Counted from the stretch's first letter, positions 1 to 11,137 are shown. The stretch: DNA of 64,000 bases from an uncultured Gemmatimonadales bacterium (GCA_963779755.1 CAVZZO010000003.1:1504001-1568000), one strand, 5' to 3'. The notes: generated from the letters alone by a model not told the origin. Numbers and translations are program-made.

Positions 1-139
1 GCTGGTTCTTATCTGGGCACAGCCCGAACGGGTCGCTGAACGCAACCGGATTCCCCCCCGCATACGCATACAGATTGACCCCGCCGGCGAGCCCGAGGGG
101 ATCCTGGGTGAGGAACCGTCCCGTCCTGGGATCATACCA
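1..139 (-). pseudogene. Orphan RHS core fragment leading into a C-terminal toxin that runs off the left edge
   Basis: Minus strand from 139 reads [46 protein letters not shown], nearly the same as the RHS-A core at about 3370-3485. No start codon; abuts a GxxExxY repeat arm at 140. Confidence 0.85.
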
Positions 140-819
140 ATCCGCCGATTACCCAGATTACACCGATTCACGAGTCGGGAAGACCTGGGGAGGCGGATCT
201 GAGTAATCGGCGCAATCTGCGGATTCATCCCGCTACCCGGCCGACTTTGTCTGCTTCCATTGTGGAACTCAAGGCGTTGGCAGCGCTGACGGGCGTCGAG
301 ACGGCCCAGGTTCTCAACTATCTCAAGGCCAGCGGCCTGAGTCGTGGGTTGTTGATCAACTTCGGGGGCCCGAATCTGCAGTACCGCCGCTTCGTCCTGA
401 CCCCGAAAGGCTCCTCGGCGTAATCGGTGCAATCTGCGGATTGGTGAGGAACCGTCCCGTCTTCGGATCATACCAATCCGCCGATTACCCAGATTACACC
501 GATTCACGAGTCGGGAAGACCTGGGGAGGCGGATCTGAGTAATCGGCGCAATCTGCGGATTCATCCCGCTACCGGGCGGACTTTGTCTGTTATGATCGGG
601 TCATCGTGGAACTCAAGGCCCTGAGCGCACTCACCGACGCCGAAACCGCCCAGGTCCTGAACTATCTCAAGGCCAGCGGCCTGAGTCGTGGGTTGTTGAT
701 CAACTTCGGGGGCCCGAGTCTGCAGTACCGCCGCTTCGTCCTGACCCCGAAAGGCTCCTCGGCGTAATCGGTGCAATCTGCGGATTGGTGAGGAACCGTC
801 CCGTCCTGGGATCATACCA
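107..819. repeat. Tandem array: three 33-bp RHS-core direct repeats separated by two GxxExxY-derived units
   Basis: ggtgaggaaccgtcccgtcctgggatcatacca at 107-139, 443-475 (2 mismatches) and 787-819, also at 3453-3485 in RHS-A. Units 140-442 and 476-786 each hold a hairpin of 9-mer arms plus the 3' half of a GxxExxY gene ([29 protein letters not shown]). Confidence 0.9.
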
Positions 820-958
820 ATCCGCCGATTACCCAGTTTACACCGATTCCATGTAAGAGGAAGGGCAATCGGTCGAATCTGCGTCATCGGCGGATTCCGA
901 ACCACGCCGGCGTTACAATGGTGACGCGGGTGAAGCGGCGGGCGGGTAGCATGGCGGG

Positions 959-1381
959 ATGCCGGCCCCCGCCTTGCCCCACGACCCCGACACTTACGCC
1001 ATCATTGGCGCGGCCATGGAGGTCCATCGTGCCCTGGGCCCCGGCTATCTGGAGGCGGCCTATCGGGAGGCCCTGGCTTTCGCCTTCGCCAGTCGGCGGA
1101 TTCCGTTCGCCAGCGAAGTACCCTTCCGGCTCTTCTTCAACGGCCGCCCGCTCATCACTCGTTACCGGGCCGACTTTGTCTGCTTCGACCAGGTCGTTGT
1201 GGAACTCAAGGCGTTGGCCGCCCTGACGGGCGTCGAGACGGCCCAGATCCTCAACTATCTCAAGGCCAGCGGATTGACCCGGGGACTCCTCCTGAATTTT
1301 GGGGGTCCCAGCCTTCAGTACCGGCGCTTCGTCTGGAGCCAGGTGCTGTCTCCCGAACCATCGGCGCCATCGGCGGATTGA
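959..1381 (+). CDS. GxxExxY protein (PD-(D/E)xK nuclease-like family)
   Basis: TYAIIGAAMEVHRALGPGYLEAAY (G-x-x-E-x-x-Y), [25 protein letters not shown]. Confidence 0.92.
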   Translation: MPAPALPHDPDTYAIIGAAMEVHRALGPGYLEAAYREALAFAFASRRIPFASEVPFRLFFNGRPLITRYRADFVCFDQVVVELKALAALTGVETAQILNYLKASGLTRGLLLNFGGPSLQYRRFVWSQVLSPEPSAPSAD

Positions 1382-1656
1382 TGTTGGGTCAGCAAAGACC
1401 CGGTTGCGATCCGTCGTACCGCTGCCCGCCGCTAACTTGCTGCTGTTGTTTTTCTTAGTCGCCCCGCGTCAGCCGTCTGCATCATAACTTACGCGTTTTG
1501 GCCCTAGACGCGAGTTTCGAGATCGACTCACCCGGGCCCGAGGGCCGGCGGCCAGGCGCGGCCTCAACGGAGGGATGCCGGAGTCTCCCGGGTCCTGCTA
1601 TCGTTCGGGGGTCTGTTGGCCGCCGTCACTATGGATCCGCCCTCGGACAGGCCGGT

Positions 1657-1917
1657 ATGCCGCGCATCAGCCAGTTCTTTGGAGTCACGATTGTGATGTA
1701 CTTCAACGATCACGCGCCACCACATTTTCATGCCCGGTATGGCGAGCATGAGTCCGCTATCGCGATTGACACGCTGGGCCCCATCTGGGGGGACCTACCG
1801 CCCAGGGCGTTGGCACTGGTTCTGGAGTGGGCGGTGGGGCACCGAGCGGAATTGCTGGCCGACTGGGAGCGCGCCCGCGAAGGGCGGCCGCTCCTGCCGA
1901 TTGCACCCCTGACTTGA
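1657..1917 (+). CDS. DUF4160-family protein, putative TA toxin
   Basis: MPRISQFFGVTIVMYFNDHAPPHFHARYG...LVLEWA..HRAELLADW; start moved to the ATG at 1657. Confidence 0.85.
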   Translation: MPRISQFFGVTIVMYFNDHAPPHFHARYGEHESAIAIDTLGPIWGDLPPRALALVLEWAVGHRAELLADWERAREGRPLLPIAPLT

Positions 1918-1933
1918 GCAAAGGGAGGTAGGT

Positions 1934-2215
1934 ATGTCGACTCGCGTTCGGCTCCGCGCGGTTCAGCCTCTCGAAGGCACTACCGTGCAGCTTGAATTGA
2001 CCACGGGTGAAGAGCGCCGCATCGATCTGGCGCCCTTCCTTCGGGGTCCCGTGTTTGCGGCGATCCGTGAGTCAGCGGAACTGTTCCGACAGATCTCCGT
2101 GGACCCGGAGCTCGGCACCGTCGTCTGGCCCAACGGTGCCGACATCGATCCGGACGTACTGATCGGGGGGTTCCGTCCCGCTTGGCAGGACGAACCGGCC
2201 CCGACCTCCAGATAG
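1934..2215 (+). CDS. DUF2442-family protein, putative TA antitoxin
   Basis: IDLAPFLRGPVF...GTVVWPNGADIDPDVL; directly follows DUF4160 with a GGAGG RBS. Confidence 0.85.
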   Translation: MSTRVRLRAVQPLEGTTVQLELTTGEERRIDLAPFLRGPVFAAIRESAELFRQISVDPELGTVVWPNGADIDPDVLIGGFRPAWQDEPAPTSR

Positions 2216-2280
2216 TCCAAGGTCCCCCGGCGCTGCCGGGGGCCATGCTCGCGGAGTTGGCGCAAGCGCTGAAAGTCTCC

Positions 2281-2469
2281 GCCGCGTTCGCCACTCGGGG
2301 GATTCCGTTCGCCAGCGAAGTGCCTTTCCGGCTCCTCTTCAACGGCCGCCCGCTCACCACCCGTTACCGGGCCGACTTTGTCTGCTTTGGCCAGGTCATT
2401 GTGGAACTCAAGGCGTTGGCCGCCCTGACGGACGTCGAGACGGCTCAGGTCCTCAACTATCTCAAGGCA
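2281..2469 (+). pseudogene. Internal GxxExxY gene fragment
   Basis: [62 protein letters not shown], closely similar to 959-1381 but missing both ends. Confidence 0.85.
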
Positions 2470-2662
2470 TTTTCGAGGCCGACTCGCGCCCGAGCGTCGG
2501 CAGCCGGGCTCACTTGTAGTCCTGGTTCTAGGAGCGTCTGTTCTCTCAGCCTCCAAACGGAAGCGATCACTGCGAGGCAGTGGCAGGCTTCAAGCCCCTC
2601 AGGAAGGAATCCTGCACGGCGACTTTGGCGCGAATCGCTTGAAGGCTCGCATCCGGCTGAAA

Positions 2663-2911
2663 TCACTCCCGCCTCTTGACTGCGACCAGCGCGGATCCGC
2701 CATCCATTTCCCGCATTTCGCACAGCACGAGGCTGCCGGGAGGAAACTCCCAGGCTTCGTCCTCTTGGTCATAGTCAGGCGGAGCCTCGAGCCGGTACAC
2801 GGCATCGCCGACATGCCGTGCCGGCGAGGGCCTGAACACTACCGTACCCTCGTCGAGGAGACGCACAAAAACCACTGTACGGTTAGTACTTGAATCCGTC
2901 TCCACCAACAT
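2663..2911 (-). CDS. Putative immunity protein for RHS-A toxin
   Basis: Small acidic ORF (VFVRLLDEGTVVFRP...YDQEDEAWEFPPGS) overlapping the RHS-A stop; exact start uncertain. Confidence 0.7.
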   Translation of the reverse strand: MLVETDSSTNRTVVFVRLLDEGTVVFRPSPARHVGDAVYRLEAPPDYDQEDEAWEFPPGSLVLCEMREMDGGSALVAVKRRE

Positions 2912-5900
2912 GAATTACCTCCCGCGTCGCATCGTCTACAACGACAGACCGTCCGGTACTCGGATGAACATACCTCGTTGCTGCGTTGCCCTTATTCACT
3001 AGGTTCTCTGCAGCGACGCGCTCGCCCGTCTTAATGGCTTCTGTAATCTGCTCCGCAGTCCATCCTCTCCGTTCCATCTGGGCGGCCCATCTGGTTGCCG
3101 ATTTGTTGGCCCCAAGCTTCCAAGCAGCGGCCTCTTCCCCGCCGGGAAATGCACTGACCGTAGCAAGAGCTTGCGCGGCGATTCGCTCGCCACTCCCCAC
3201 GTTCCTACCTGGTGATTGTATATCAACCCCAGTGACGGCTTTCGGGGAAATTGGTGATAGGGCCTCAACAATGCCGCCAAACACTCTCCCCATGGTGGTC
3301 AGTTGTTTGCCTACCCACGCTCGGGCTGCGGCTATCCAATCTGGGCCGCAAGGGGGATCCTTACACAGCCCAAACGGATCACGAAACGCGACCGGATTCC
3401 CCCCCGCGTAGGCGTAGAGATTCACCCCGCCCGCCAGCCCGATGGGATCCTGGGTGAGGAACCGTCCCGTCCTGGGATCATACCACCGGTTCCGGAAGTA
3501 GGTGAACCCGCCCGTCTGGTTCGGGGTGCTCCCACCGGTGAAGCCGGTCTCGGTGTTGGTGGCCCCCGCGGAAACATTCCCGACATCGAAGCCGCCGAAG
3601 GGATCCCGCCCAAAGTAGGTGGCGGAGTTCTCCTTGTTTCCATCCGGCTTGATGGCCGCCAGGGTCGTGCCCTGCCGGTCCCCCACCAGAGCCAGATTCA
3701 GCGTGCCGCTGGGGCCGCCGCTGAACCGGCCGGCCAGGACCTGGTCCACCCCGCCGGTCAGGTAGCGCTGGCGGATGTTCCAGGAGCCGCCGGTCTTGAC
3801 CACGGTCAGGGCCACGTTGGCCCCGTCATACAGATAGAATGACGTGCTGCCGCCCGCCGTCAAGGGCTCGGGCAGGGGATTGTACCCCACCTGGCTCTTG
3901 ACCTGGGAGATCACCCGCTGGCCGTTGGCGTCGTACCAGTGCCAGTTGAAGTCCCAGTTGCCTGCCGCCGAGGTGGGCGTCATGGAGAAATAGAGCTGGT
4001 TGGCGGCGGTGTAGGCCATCTCCGAGCGCTCGACTACCGTTGGAATGGAGTCGGTGGACCCCAGCCGGTTGCCGGCCTGATCGGTCCAGTAATTCTCCCC
4101 GCTGGAGCAGCCGGGGAAGGTGTGCTTCGCCGTGATCCGGTTGTCGAAGCTGTAGCTGTAAGGCCGGATACCCTGGCAGCTCACCCCACTCTCGGTGGTG
4201 CCGAAGTTGTCGCTGAGCCGGTTGCCGAAGACATCGTAGGTGTAGATATGCGTCTTCGTGATGGTGCTGGCCCGGCTGGAGGAGAGCAGCCGGCGGGTGC
4301 CGTTGGTGGCATAGCCGTAATCATATGTGAGGGACGGGAAACCCGGCTCGGTGGCGGTGTAGTGGGTGAGCTCGTCAATCAGGCTGTAGACCGGGCTGCC
4401 GAACTGATACCAGATGGGCCCGCCCGGCTTGCTCACCAGGGAACGAGTCAGAATGCTGGTGACCCGGCTATCCGGCCCGTAGGTGGTGGCGGTATAGATC
4501 GAGTCGGTCCCGGGAGTGGCGCCGGCGTAGAGACGGATGGAGCGGTTGGTCTCGCGACCCGCTCGATCATACTTCCATACGATCCGGGCGATCCGGAGGG
4601 TGTTGGCGCCTGAGTCGACCTCGGCGATCATGGAATCCAGCCGTGCGGTGACCGAACCCCAGTAATAGTGGGTGCGCCCAGTGGATTCGGCCAACGTGGC
4701 GCCGTTCGGCACGACATGGTCCGTCGCCAGGGTGCGCTGGCCGCGCCGGTTGTACTGGTAGTCCCGGCTGAGGGTGACCTGGTTGGGAAACACCACGGTG
4801 TCGCCCGTCAGCATGTTGCTGGGTGTGTAGCTCCAGTAGTGGAAATTGGTATAGGCCCCCAGATAGGTATCGTAACTGGACGAGCTGATCGGCCGGCCCT
4901 TGTGGTCATAATAGCGGTTGTGGTACCCGCCGGCCGCCAGCTGCTTGCCGGTGGCCATCGCCCAGCCGTTGTAGGTGTTCAGGGTGGCCGTGTCGGCAAA
5001 CCGCTCTCCGTCCACGGCATAGCCGGGAATTACCGATGGCTGGTATTCCTGACTGAGATTCCCCATCCAGTCGTACAGCCGCCAGACGAACGTCCCGTTC
5101 CCGCCATAGACGATGGCCGGCTGGTCGTTCGGGGCATAGGTAAACGCCTGCTTCCGCGCCTGCTTCCCCGTCCGGGTACCCGGCGTAATGAGGGAATCCA
5201 CCCGGCCCATGGCATCGTAAAAATACCGGGTGGCCTGCAGGGCCGGCGTCCCGAAGGGCGTGGTCAAATCCGCAGCAGACGACGCGTAGACGTCCCGCTC
5301 GGTGACCAGTCCGCCCGGGCCATAGAGCGTTCGCATGGTCGGGGCGAGCGAGTCGGTCCCCGTCTTGGTATGGGTTACCCGGCCCGGATAGTCGTAGAGC
5401 AGTCGTGTTCTGGTCCCCACCGGATCGATGATCGAGTCGGGCCGCCCGAAGACGTTGTAGTAGAAATGGGTCGCCGCCCCGTCCGCCACGCGCGTCTGCG
5501 TGGCGTTGTTCCAGGTCGCACTGTAGTAGGTGAAGGTGTAGGCGTTCCCAACGGGATCGGTGACCTTGAACGGCCGGGTGCCCGCCGGGTGGCCCGGAGT
5601 CATGGCGAAGTAGGTGAACGTGGTCGTGTCCGCCGCCGGGCCAATGATCGTGCTCGGCTCGCAGCGGGCCACCCCGCTCGTCCCGTAGCGGGTGACGGTG
5701 GTGTCCGCCGCGCCCATGACCCCCCGCACCTTCAGCAGCCGCGAGCACCAGGTCTGGCCTGAGGTCAGGGACAGCGAGTCATAGACGAACGTGACGGTAT
5801 CGAGCTGGATCTGCGCCGTGGCGGGATATTTCAGCGTGTTTCGTATGAGCGTATCCACCCGCCCCAGCGCATCGTAGTGGTACATCACCGAATCGGCGTC

Positions 5901-7014
5901 GCTGGGAAAGTCGCGCCCGTGGACGATCCGCAGGACGCGGCCCACGCTGTCGCGGACGATGTGGCGATAGTCGTCGGCGGCAGAACTGGGCACATAGAAC
6001 CCGCCGGCCACCGCGCCGTTGGAGATGCGGCGGACCATGGTGGGCCCGCCGTAGGGATCGACGGTGTAGTCCGTGGCCAGATTACTGAAGTCGACGGCGG
6101 TCCCGCGCAGCTGACTGAGATAGATGAGCCGTTCCTGTAGTTCACCGGTATGCCGGCCGTATCCAATCCGGGGCACGGCGCGGCGGTATTGGGACCGGAA
6201 CCGGGCCATGCCGCCGATGGCCGAGCCGCGGGTCATTGACTCCGGCGTCCACGTCACCGTGTCATAGGTAATGTTCGCGATGATTGGATGAGCCGTCGTG
6301 CTCCGCGGATCCGTGATCGAGGTGAGAAAGGCCCCGTGACTCAGGTCGGCGTGATAGCCGAATTTGGTCGTGTCACCGGCAGAGGCACTCGTGAAGGTGA
6401 CCATCTCGGTCAGCCGGCCGGAGGTGTAGTACAGCTGGGCCATGAGTTTACTGGATCCGCCATTCGGGTGCGCGGAAATCTGGGACACCTGAGCGCCGCT
6501 CCCATAGGCGAACTCGAACTGCCCACCCGTCGTATCGTGGATCGATGTGATTCTGCGGGAGGTCCCGGTCAGGTAATTGTAGCGGGTCCGGTTCCCGATG
6601 ATGTCCGCGGCCCAGACGATCATGCCGTCCGCGCGATAGCCCCGGCTGGTGCCATCGGGGAGATAGATCTGATAGACCGACCCGGCCAGGGCACTGAAAA
6701 CGAGCCGCACAGACTGGCCTGCCGGAGCGTGCCAGACGCTCCCCACCTTGTGAAAGAGCCAGTAGCTGCCATCACCGGAAAGCCACATGGCCACGCTGTC
6801 TCCTGCGGTGTTCCGGGTGAACCGCAGCTCGCTCAGTTCGGCCAATTGCCAGCCCTGGCCGAAGTTGGTGGTGGTGGTATCCATCAGCGTAAGCTGCACC
6901 AACTCCTGCGTGAGGACGGTATCCTGCATTGCACCCGGGTAGAACCCCCGCACCCGCAGGGTGGCCGTGCGGAGGCTGTCCCCCGTCGCCGGCGCCGGGA
7001 CCTCCCCGCCCAGG
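2883..7014 (-). pseudogene. RHS-A: 5'-truncated RHS/YD-repeat protein with colicin E5-like RNase C-terminal toxin
   Basis: YD repeats, core [17 protein letters not shown]...DPFGL, CT QMERRGWT..ATRYVHPSTGRSVVVDDATREVIHVGG. Lacks the signal peptide and N-domain of its paralogs; 5' end joins an unrelated gene at about 7015. Confidence 0.8.
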
Positions 7015-7257
7015 ACCGTCGTTCTGGTCATAGACCTCTTCCAGGGCGCATCCACCCAGGATCGGCGTCACATGATTCCGGGCCACGATGCTATCCGCCG
7101 CCGATATGTCGTAGGTATCCCAGTCCCCGACGAAGAAATCGAACTGGTGGTATTCCGTGGCGGCGCACGGCGGGGGCGGCGCTGCCGGGACGCGGGCCAC
7201 CACCGCACCGGCGCCCAGCGCCAGCACCGCCGGGGCGATCAATCCCCTGGGAAACAT
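7015..7257 (-). pseudogene. 5' fragment of a secreted DUF1579-like protein
   Basis: Signal peptide then PPCAATEYHQFDFFVGDWDTY...LGGCALEEVYDQNDG; family-like sequence stops abruptly at 7015. Confidence 0.65.
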
Positions 7258-7258
7258 C

Positions 7259-7627
7259 TCAATGCCTCCCATCGGGAGGCCGGGTGACCTGCGCGGAGAC
7301 GCAACGCCACTCCCCGTTCGCCAGCACATAGACGTCGACATAGCGGCTGAGGCCGCGGGTGCCGTCCCTGGCCACCCAGCGGCCGGTCGCCCGCACCAGT
7401 CCCACGTTGCTATAACATCGCACGTCCACCTCCTCCAGCCGGTAGAGCACCAGATCGGAACCCGCGGACGTGTGCCGCAGAAAGGCGGCCTTGTCGAGCA
7501 CCGTTCCGTCGGACTCGATGCAGACGAAGTCGTCGGCCAGCCGCTGGCTGTACCAGCGGACGTCGCCCGCCAGTGAAGCGCGCACGTATTCCTCGTTCAG
7601 CTCCAACAGACACTCGCGATCGGACAC
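7259..7627 (-). CDS. DUF4440/NTF2-like protein
   Basis: LADDFVCIESDGTVLDKAAFL...RYVDVYVLANGEWRCVSAQVT. Confidence 0.85.
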   Translation of the reverse strand: MSDRECLLELNEEYVRASLAGDVRWYSQRLADDFVCIESDGTVLDKAAFLRHTSAGSDLVLYRLEEVDVRCYSNVGLVRATGRWVARDGTRGLSRYVDVYVLANGEWRCVSAQVTRPPDGRH

Positions 7628-7796
7628 GCAGCCTCGGCCGCCGGGGAAGCGGGAGTGTATCGCGTCCGCAGTGGCGCTGCTCGCCGGTTTGGGACCTCGA
7701 ATCGTCCGCCGATTCCAGGTCCGGAAGCAGCGCGCCGGGTGAGCGGCCGATCGCTACGGTCGTTGCGGTGCGTGCCACACACCACAGGAGGACAGC

Positions 7797-8982
7797 ATGA
7801 GGCACATCACCTGCAGCGCGATTCTGGCCGCCGCCGTGCTGGGCTGCGGCCGGGAGGCGTCGGTCACCAGGCCGAACGACCAGAGTTCCCGGGTTCCCAC
7901 GGTCTCACAGTACGACATCCACGCGATCCCGGCGACGCTGGGCGGGACGAGCAATCGGGCCAACAGTATCAGCCAGCGCGACTGGCTCGCGGGCTTCGCT
8001 CTGCTGCCGGATAACCAGACCCGGCACGCGGCCCTGTGGCGCGAGGGACTGATCCAGGACCTGAAGACGCTGGGCGGCCCTAACAGCAGCGTCGTCTGGC
8101 CTGGCCAGAATCATCAGGGGACCGTCGTCGGGATTTCCGAAACCGCTGAAACGGGCACGCTGGGCGAAGAATGGAGCTGCAGTGCCTTCTTCTCCTCGGT
8201 GACCAATCATATCTGCCTCGGCTTCGTCTGGAAGGATGGCGTGATGACCGGCCTGCCGACCCTGGGCGGCGAGAACGGCTACGCCGCCGGGGTGAACGAC
8301 CGCAACGAGGTGGTGGGCTGGGCGGAGACGCCGGTGCACGACCCGACCTGCAATCCGCCCCAGGTGCTCCAGTTCCGCGCCGTGCTGTGGGATGCGTCCG
8401 GCAGCGCGCACGAACTGCGCCCCCTGCCCGGCGATTCCACCTCCGCCGCTACCGCCATCAATAACCGGGGCCAGGTGGTGGGGATCTCCGGCGATTGCGA
8501 CGTCGCCGTGGGCGAGTTCAGCGCCCGCCACGCCGTGCTCTGGAATCCAGGGAGAGCCGATCGACATCGGCAACCTGGGCGGCGTGGCCTGGAACACGCC
8601 GACCGCGATCAACGAGGCGGGCGACGTGGTCGGTTTCTCCGATCCGCCGGGCGACGAGGACGGCAGCTTCATCGCCCACGCGTTTCTCTGGACCCGCGCG
8701 GGCGGCATCCAGGACCTGGGCACGCTTCCCGGCGACGAGATCAGCGAGGCCCTTGGCATCAATGCCCAACGGCAGGTGGTAGGCGTCTCCTGCGGCGCCA
8801 TTTGCCGCGCCTTCATCTGGCAGAACGGGGTGATGCAGAACCTGAACGACATCGTGCCCGGCGGATCGGACCTGCTGGTCTCCGCTCGGGACATCAATGA
8901 CGCCGGGGAGATCACGGGCGACGTCGCGACCAGCAACGGGACTCTGCCCTACATCGCTACTCCCGTGGCTCCTCAGCCGTAG
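7797..8982 (+). pseudogene. HAF-repeat extracellular lipoprotein, frameshifted near 8547
   Basis: Lipobox-like VLGC, repeats DLKTLGG / AINNRGQVVG / HAFLW..GGIQDLGTL. ORF 7797-8900 switches into frame 8392-8982 at tggaatccaggga (one extra base; may be a sequencing error). Confidence 0.8.
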
Positions 8983-9096
8983 GGAGGGTTGGTCAGGCGG
9001 GTGGCCGGTACTCACGCCTCGAGGCTGCGGCCCAGTCTCGACGACCATCCGCCCTGACCACCCCATTCCGCCTTGCGACCGCGACACTGATGCCGG

Positions 9097-9310
9097 GTGA
9101 TGCATCATGGCGACCGCGGGTTCTCGATTCGCAACACCGAGCGGCTGGCGATAAGCCGGGATCGAACCCTCGCAAGGGGGCTACGTCAGTACAGTCAGCA
9201 CCAGCGGCAGCGTTCAGCACTTGGCTATCTCAGCCCGACCGCCTTCGAGGTGCGGCTCTTCAAACCGCCTCGCTCTAACCCCAGATGTCCACGAGATCAG
9301 GTCAGGACCA
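9097..9310 (+). mobile_element. Decayed IS3-family right-end remnant
   Basis: HHGDRG and YSQHQRQRSALGYLSPTAFE resemble the IS3 integrase C-terminus; ends tgtccacgagatcaggtcaggacca. Confidence 0.65.
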
Positions 9311-9329
9311 ATCGATCCTCGGTCATAGG

Positions 9330-9653
9330 TCATCCCCCTCGCGTTCTCTGGATCTTCTCAAGTTCCTCCACAACTCCTTCGGCAAGGGTAGCTATGCAGT
9401 ACCAGCACAGGCAACCAATGGTAACACCCATCGTCACTTCTGTCGCCTTAATAGGCAAGTCAAAGATCAAGCTAAATAAAACCAGGATCAGCGACAGCCA
9501 AAGGCCAACACCCGAATAGACTCTCTGGCTTCTCCAGCGCCTAATCTTCTTCGAAGCATACCTTCCTTCCCGCCAATACCAGCGGAACAGCCTTGCGAAG
9601 AACCACCCACCGGCTGCGATAATCACCAGATTGACAGAGAGCTCTATCGACAC
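9330..9653 (-). CDS. Putative membrane immunity protein for the orphan RHS-CT
   Basis: 107 aa with about 3 hydrophobic segments, starts immediately after the CT stop at 9654, lower GC. Confidence 0.7.
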   Translation of the reverse strand: MSIELSVNLVIIAAGGWFFARLFRWYWREGRYASKKIRRWRSQRVYSGVGLWLSLILVLFSLIFDLPIKATEVTMGVTIGCLCWYCIATLAEGVVEELEKIQRTRGG

Positions 9654-10684
9654 CTACTTGCCTCCACTCTTGCACTCCTGGTACTCCTGCCATAGGCGCG
9701 CCGTCCTGACGCCTGGAACAAACGCCTCGACCGCCTTCCTTGCTGGGGTCAATTGTTTTTGCAGGATCCAGCTCGTCAGCCCAGCTTGAGCCGTGCGTTC
9801 AGTCACGCTGGCCCCGATTGTGAGAGCTGCTCCTTGAAGCGCCATCCGCCTTCCGCTTAGCCCTACAACAATTTCGGGCGCAGTCCGAATAACCGCCTTC
9901 TCGGCAAGTACTGCACCGCCCTCGAGTACAACGCCAGCCCCGAATTGCACAAGCCCCCTTGCCACCAACGTCACTGGGTTCATCAATAACGCAACAGTGA
10001 GGACATCCGAGCCGAAGGATACGAAGACCTGAATGCCTTGCGCCCTGCACGATGGCTCTCCGGTAGAGGATTGAGTGGCACCATTGGCCTTGCCTGTTCG
10101 TGGTAATTCGGTTCCGGGTATACCTTCCTGAGACGCCGGCAAACCTATTGTCCCGTAGCACATCTTATCTGTCTTGTGCCAAGGGGTAAGCTGAACATCA
10201 CCTTGGAACATCGCCTCCCACCACTGGGTGCAAACGACATCGGTACCCGTCGGATCGAGCCTGTTGACCGGGTCGTTGGCCGCATACTCGTACAGATTCA
10301 AGCCTCCTTCAATGCCTACGGGATCTTCGCTGAGGAACCTCCCCACTTCGGGATCGTAGTACCTCGCCCGCATGTAATAGAGCCCGCTCTCGGGATCGTA
10401 TTCCCGGCCCGCCATGCGGAAGCGGGTAACCACGCCGGTGTCCGGGCTGGCGATCCGGCCCCAGGCGTTGAGATCGTACTTCTTGAGCGGGGCGCCCGCG
10501 CTATCCCGCGCAATCCCGTGCACCGACCCGATCACCGGGTCGGTGACCACGATCCCGCTCCAGCTGGCGTTCTTGATACTGAAGAGCTGATCGCTTCCCG
10601 GCAAGTGGCCGTATTGGTTGGCGACGGCGAAGCTGTTGTTGAGGTCGAGCGCCACCTGGTCGCCGTCGTAGACGTACCACTGGT
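9654..10684 (-). pseudogene. Orphan RHS core plus hydrophobic C-terminal toxin (alternative tip for RHS-B)
   Basis: 10321-10684 is near-identical to 12301-12664 (QWYVYDGDQVALDLNNSF...RYYDPE); unrelated after DPTG; no credible start. Confidence 0.88.
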
Positions 10685-11009
10685 ATGGTAAGCGGTGAGC
10701 GGTAAGCGGTGAGCGGGCACGCAGAAACTGCGGAAGCCGGCCAGGCGCCAAGGCGCTGGCTTCGAGCGGTAAGCAGTGGGCGGGTTCGCGCGTGAAGCTC
10801 GGGTGAGGTCCTTACAGAAAGGGATACGACCTTGAGATTTTCTCGTCGCCCCCAAGCGATGCTGTGCCCCCCTGCGCTCGGGGCAGCTCAGCGGCGATTT
10901 CAATCGCATGGATGGGGCCCTCTGGGTGGATCGCTACTGAGTCTATTTCGACCCATGGCCCAACAGGAGCGGAATGCCACCCGGGGGCCAGGCCGCCGGT
11001 GACCGAGTA

Positions 11010-11137
11010 CCTGCGGTGGTACAGTCAGTACCACCGCAGCATTCAGCCCTAGAGGTTACCTTACGCCGGCCGCCTTTGAGGCGCGGCTCTCCGGCCGCGT
11101 CGCTTAACCCAGGTGTCCATGAAATCAGGTTAGGCCC
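11010..11137 (+). mobile_element. Second decayed IS3-family right-end remnant
   Basis: Homologous to 9181-9310; ends taacccaggtgtccatgaaatcaggttaggccca. Confidence 0.55.

Noticed and set aside
107..819. CRISPR array (33-bp direct repeats)
   Set aside because: Intervening segments are 303 and 311 bp and homologous to each other, the repeat is RHS coding sequence, and no cas genes are present.
2470..2660. Possible IS630 3' remnant on the minus strand
   Set aside because: Only a faint peptide resemblance; cannot be supported without a search.
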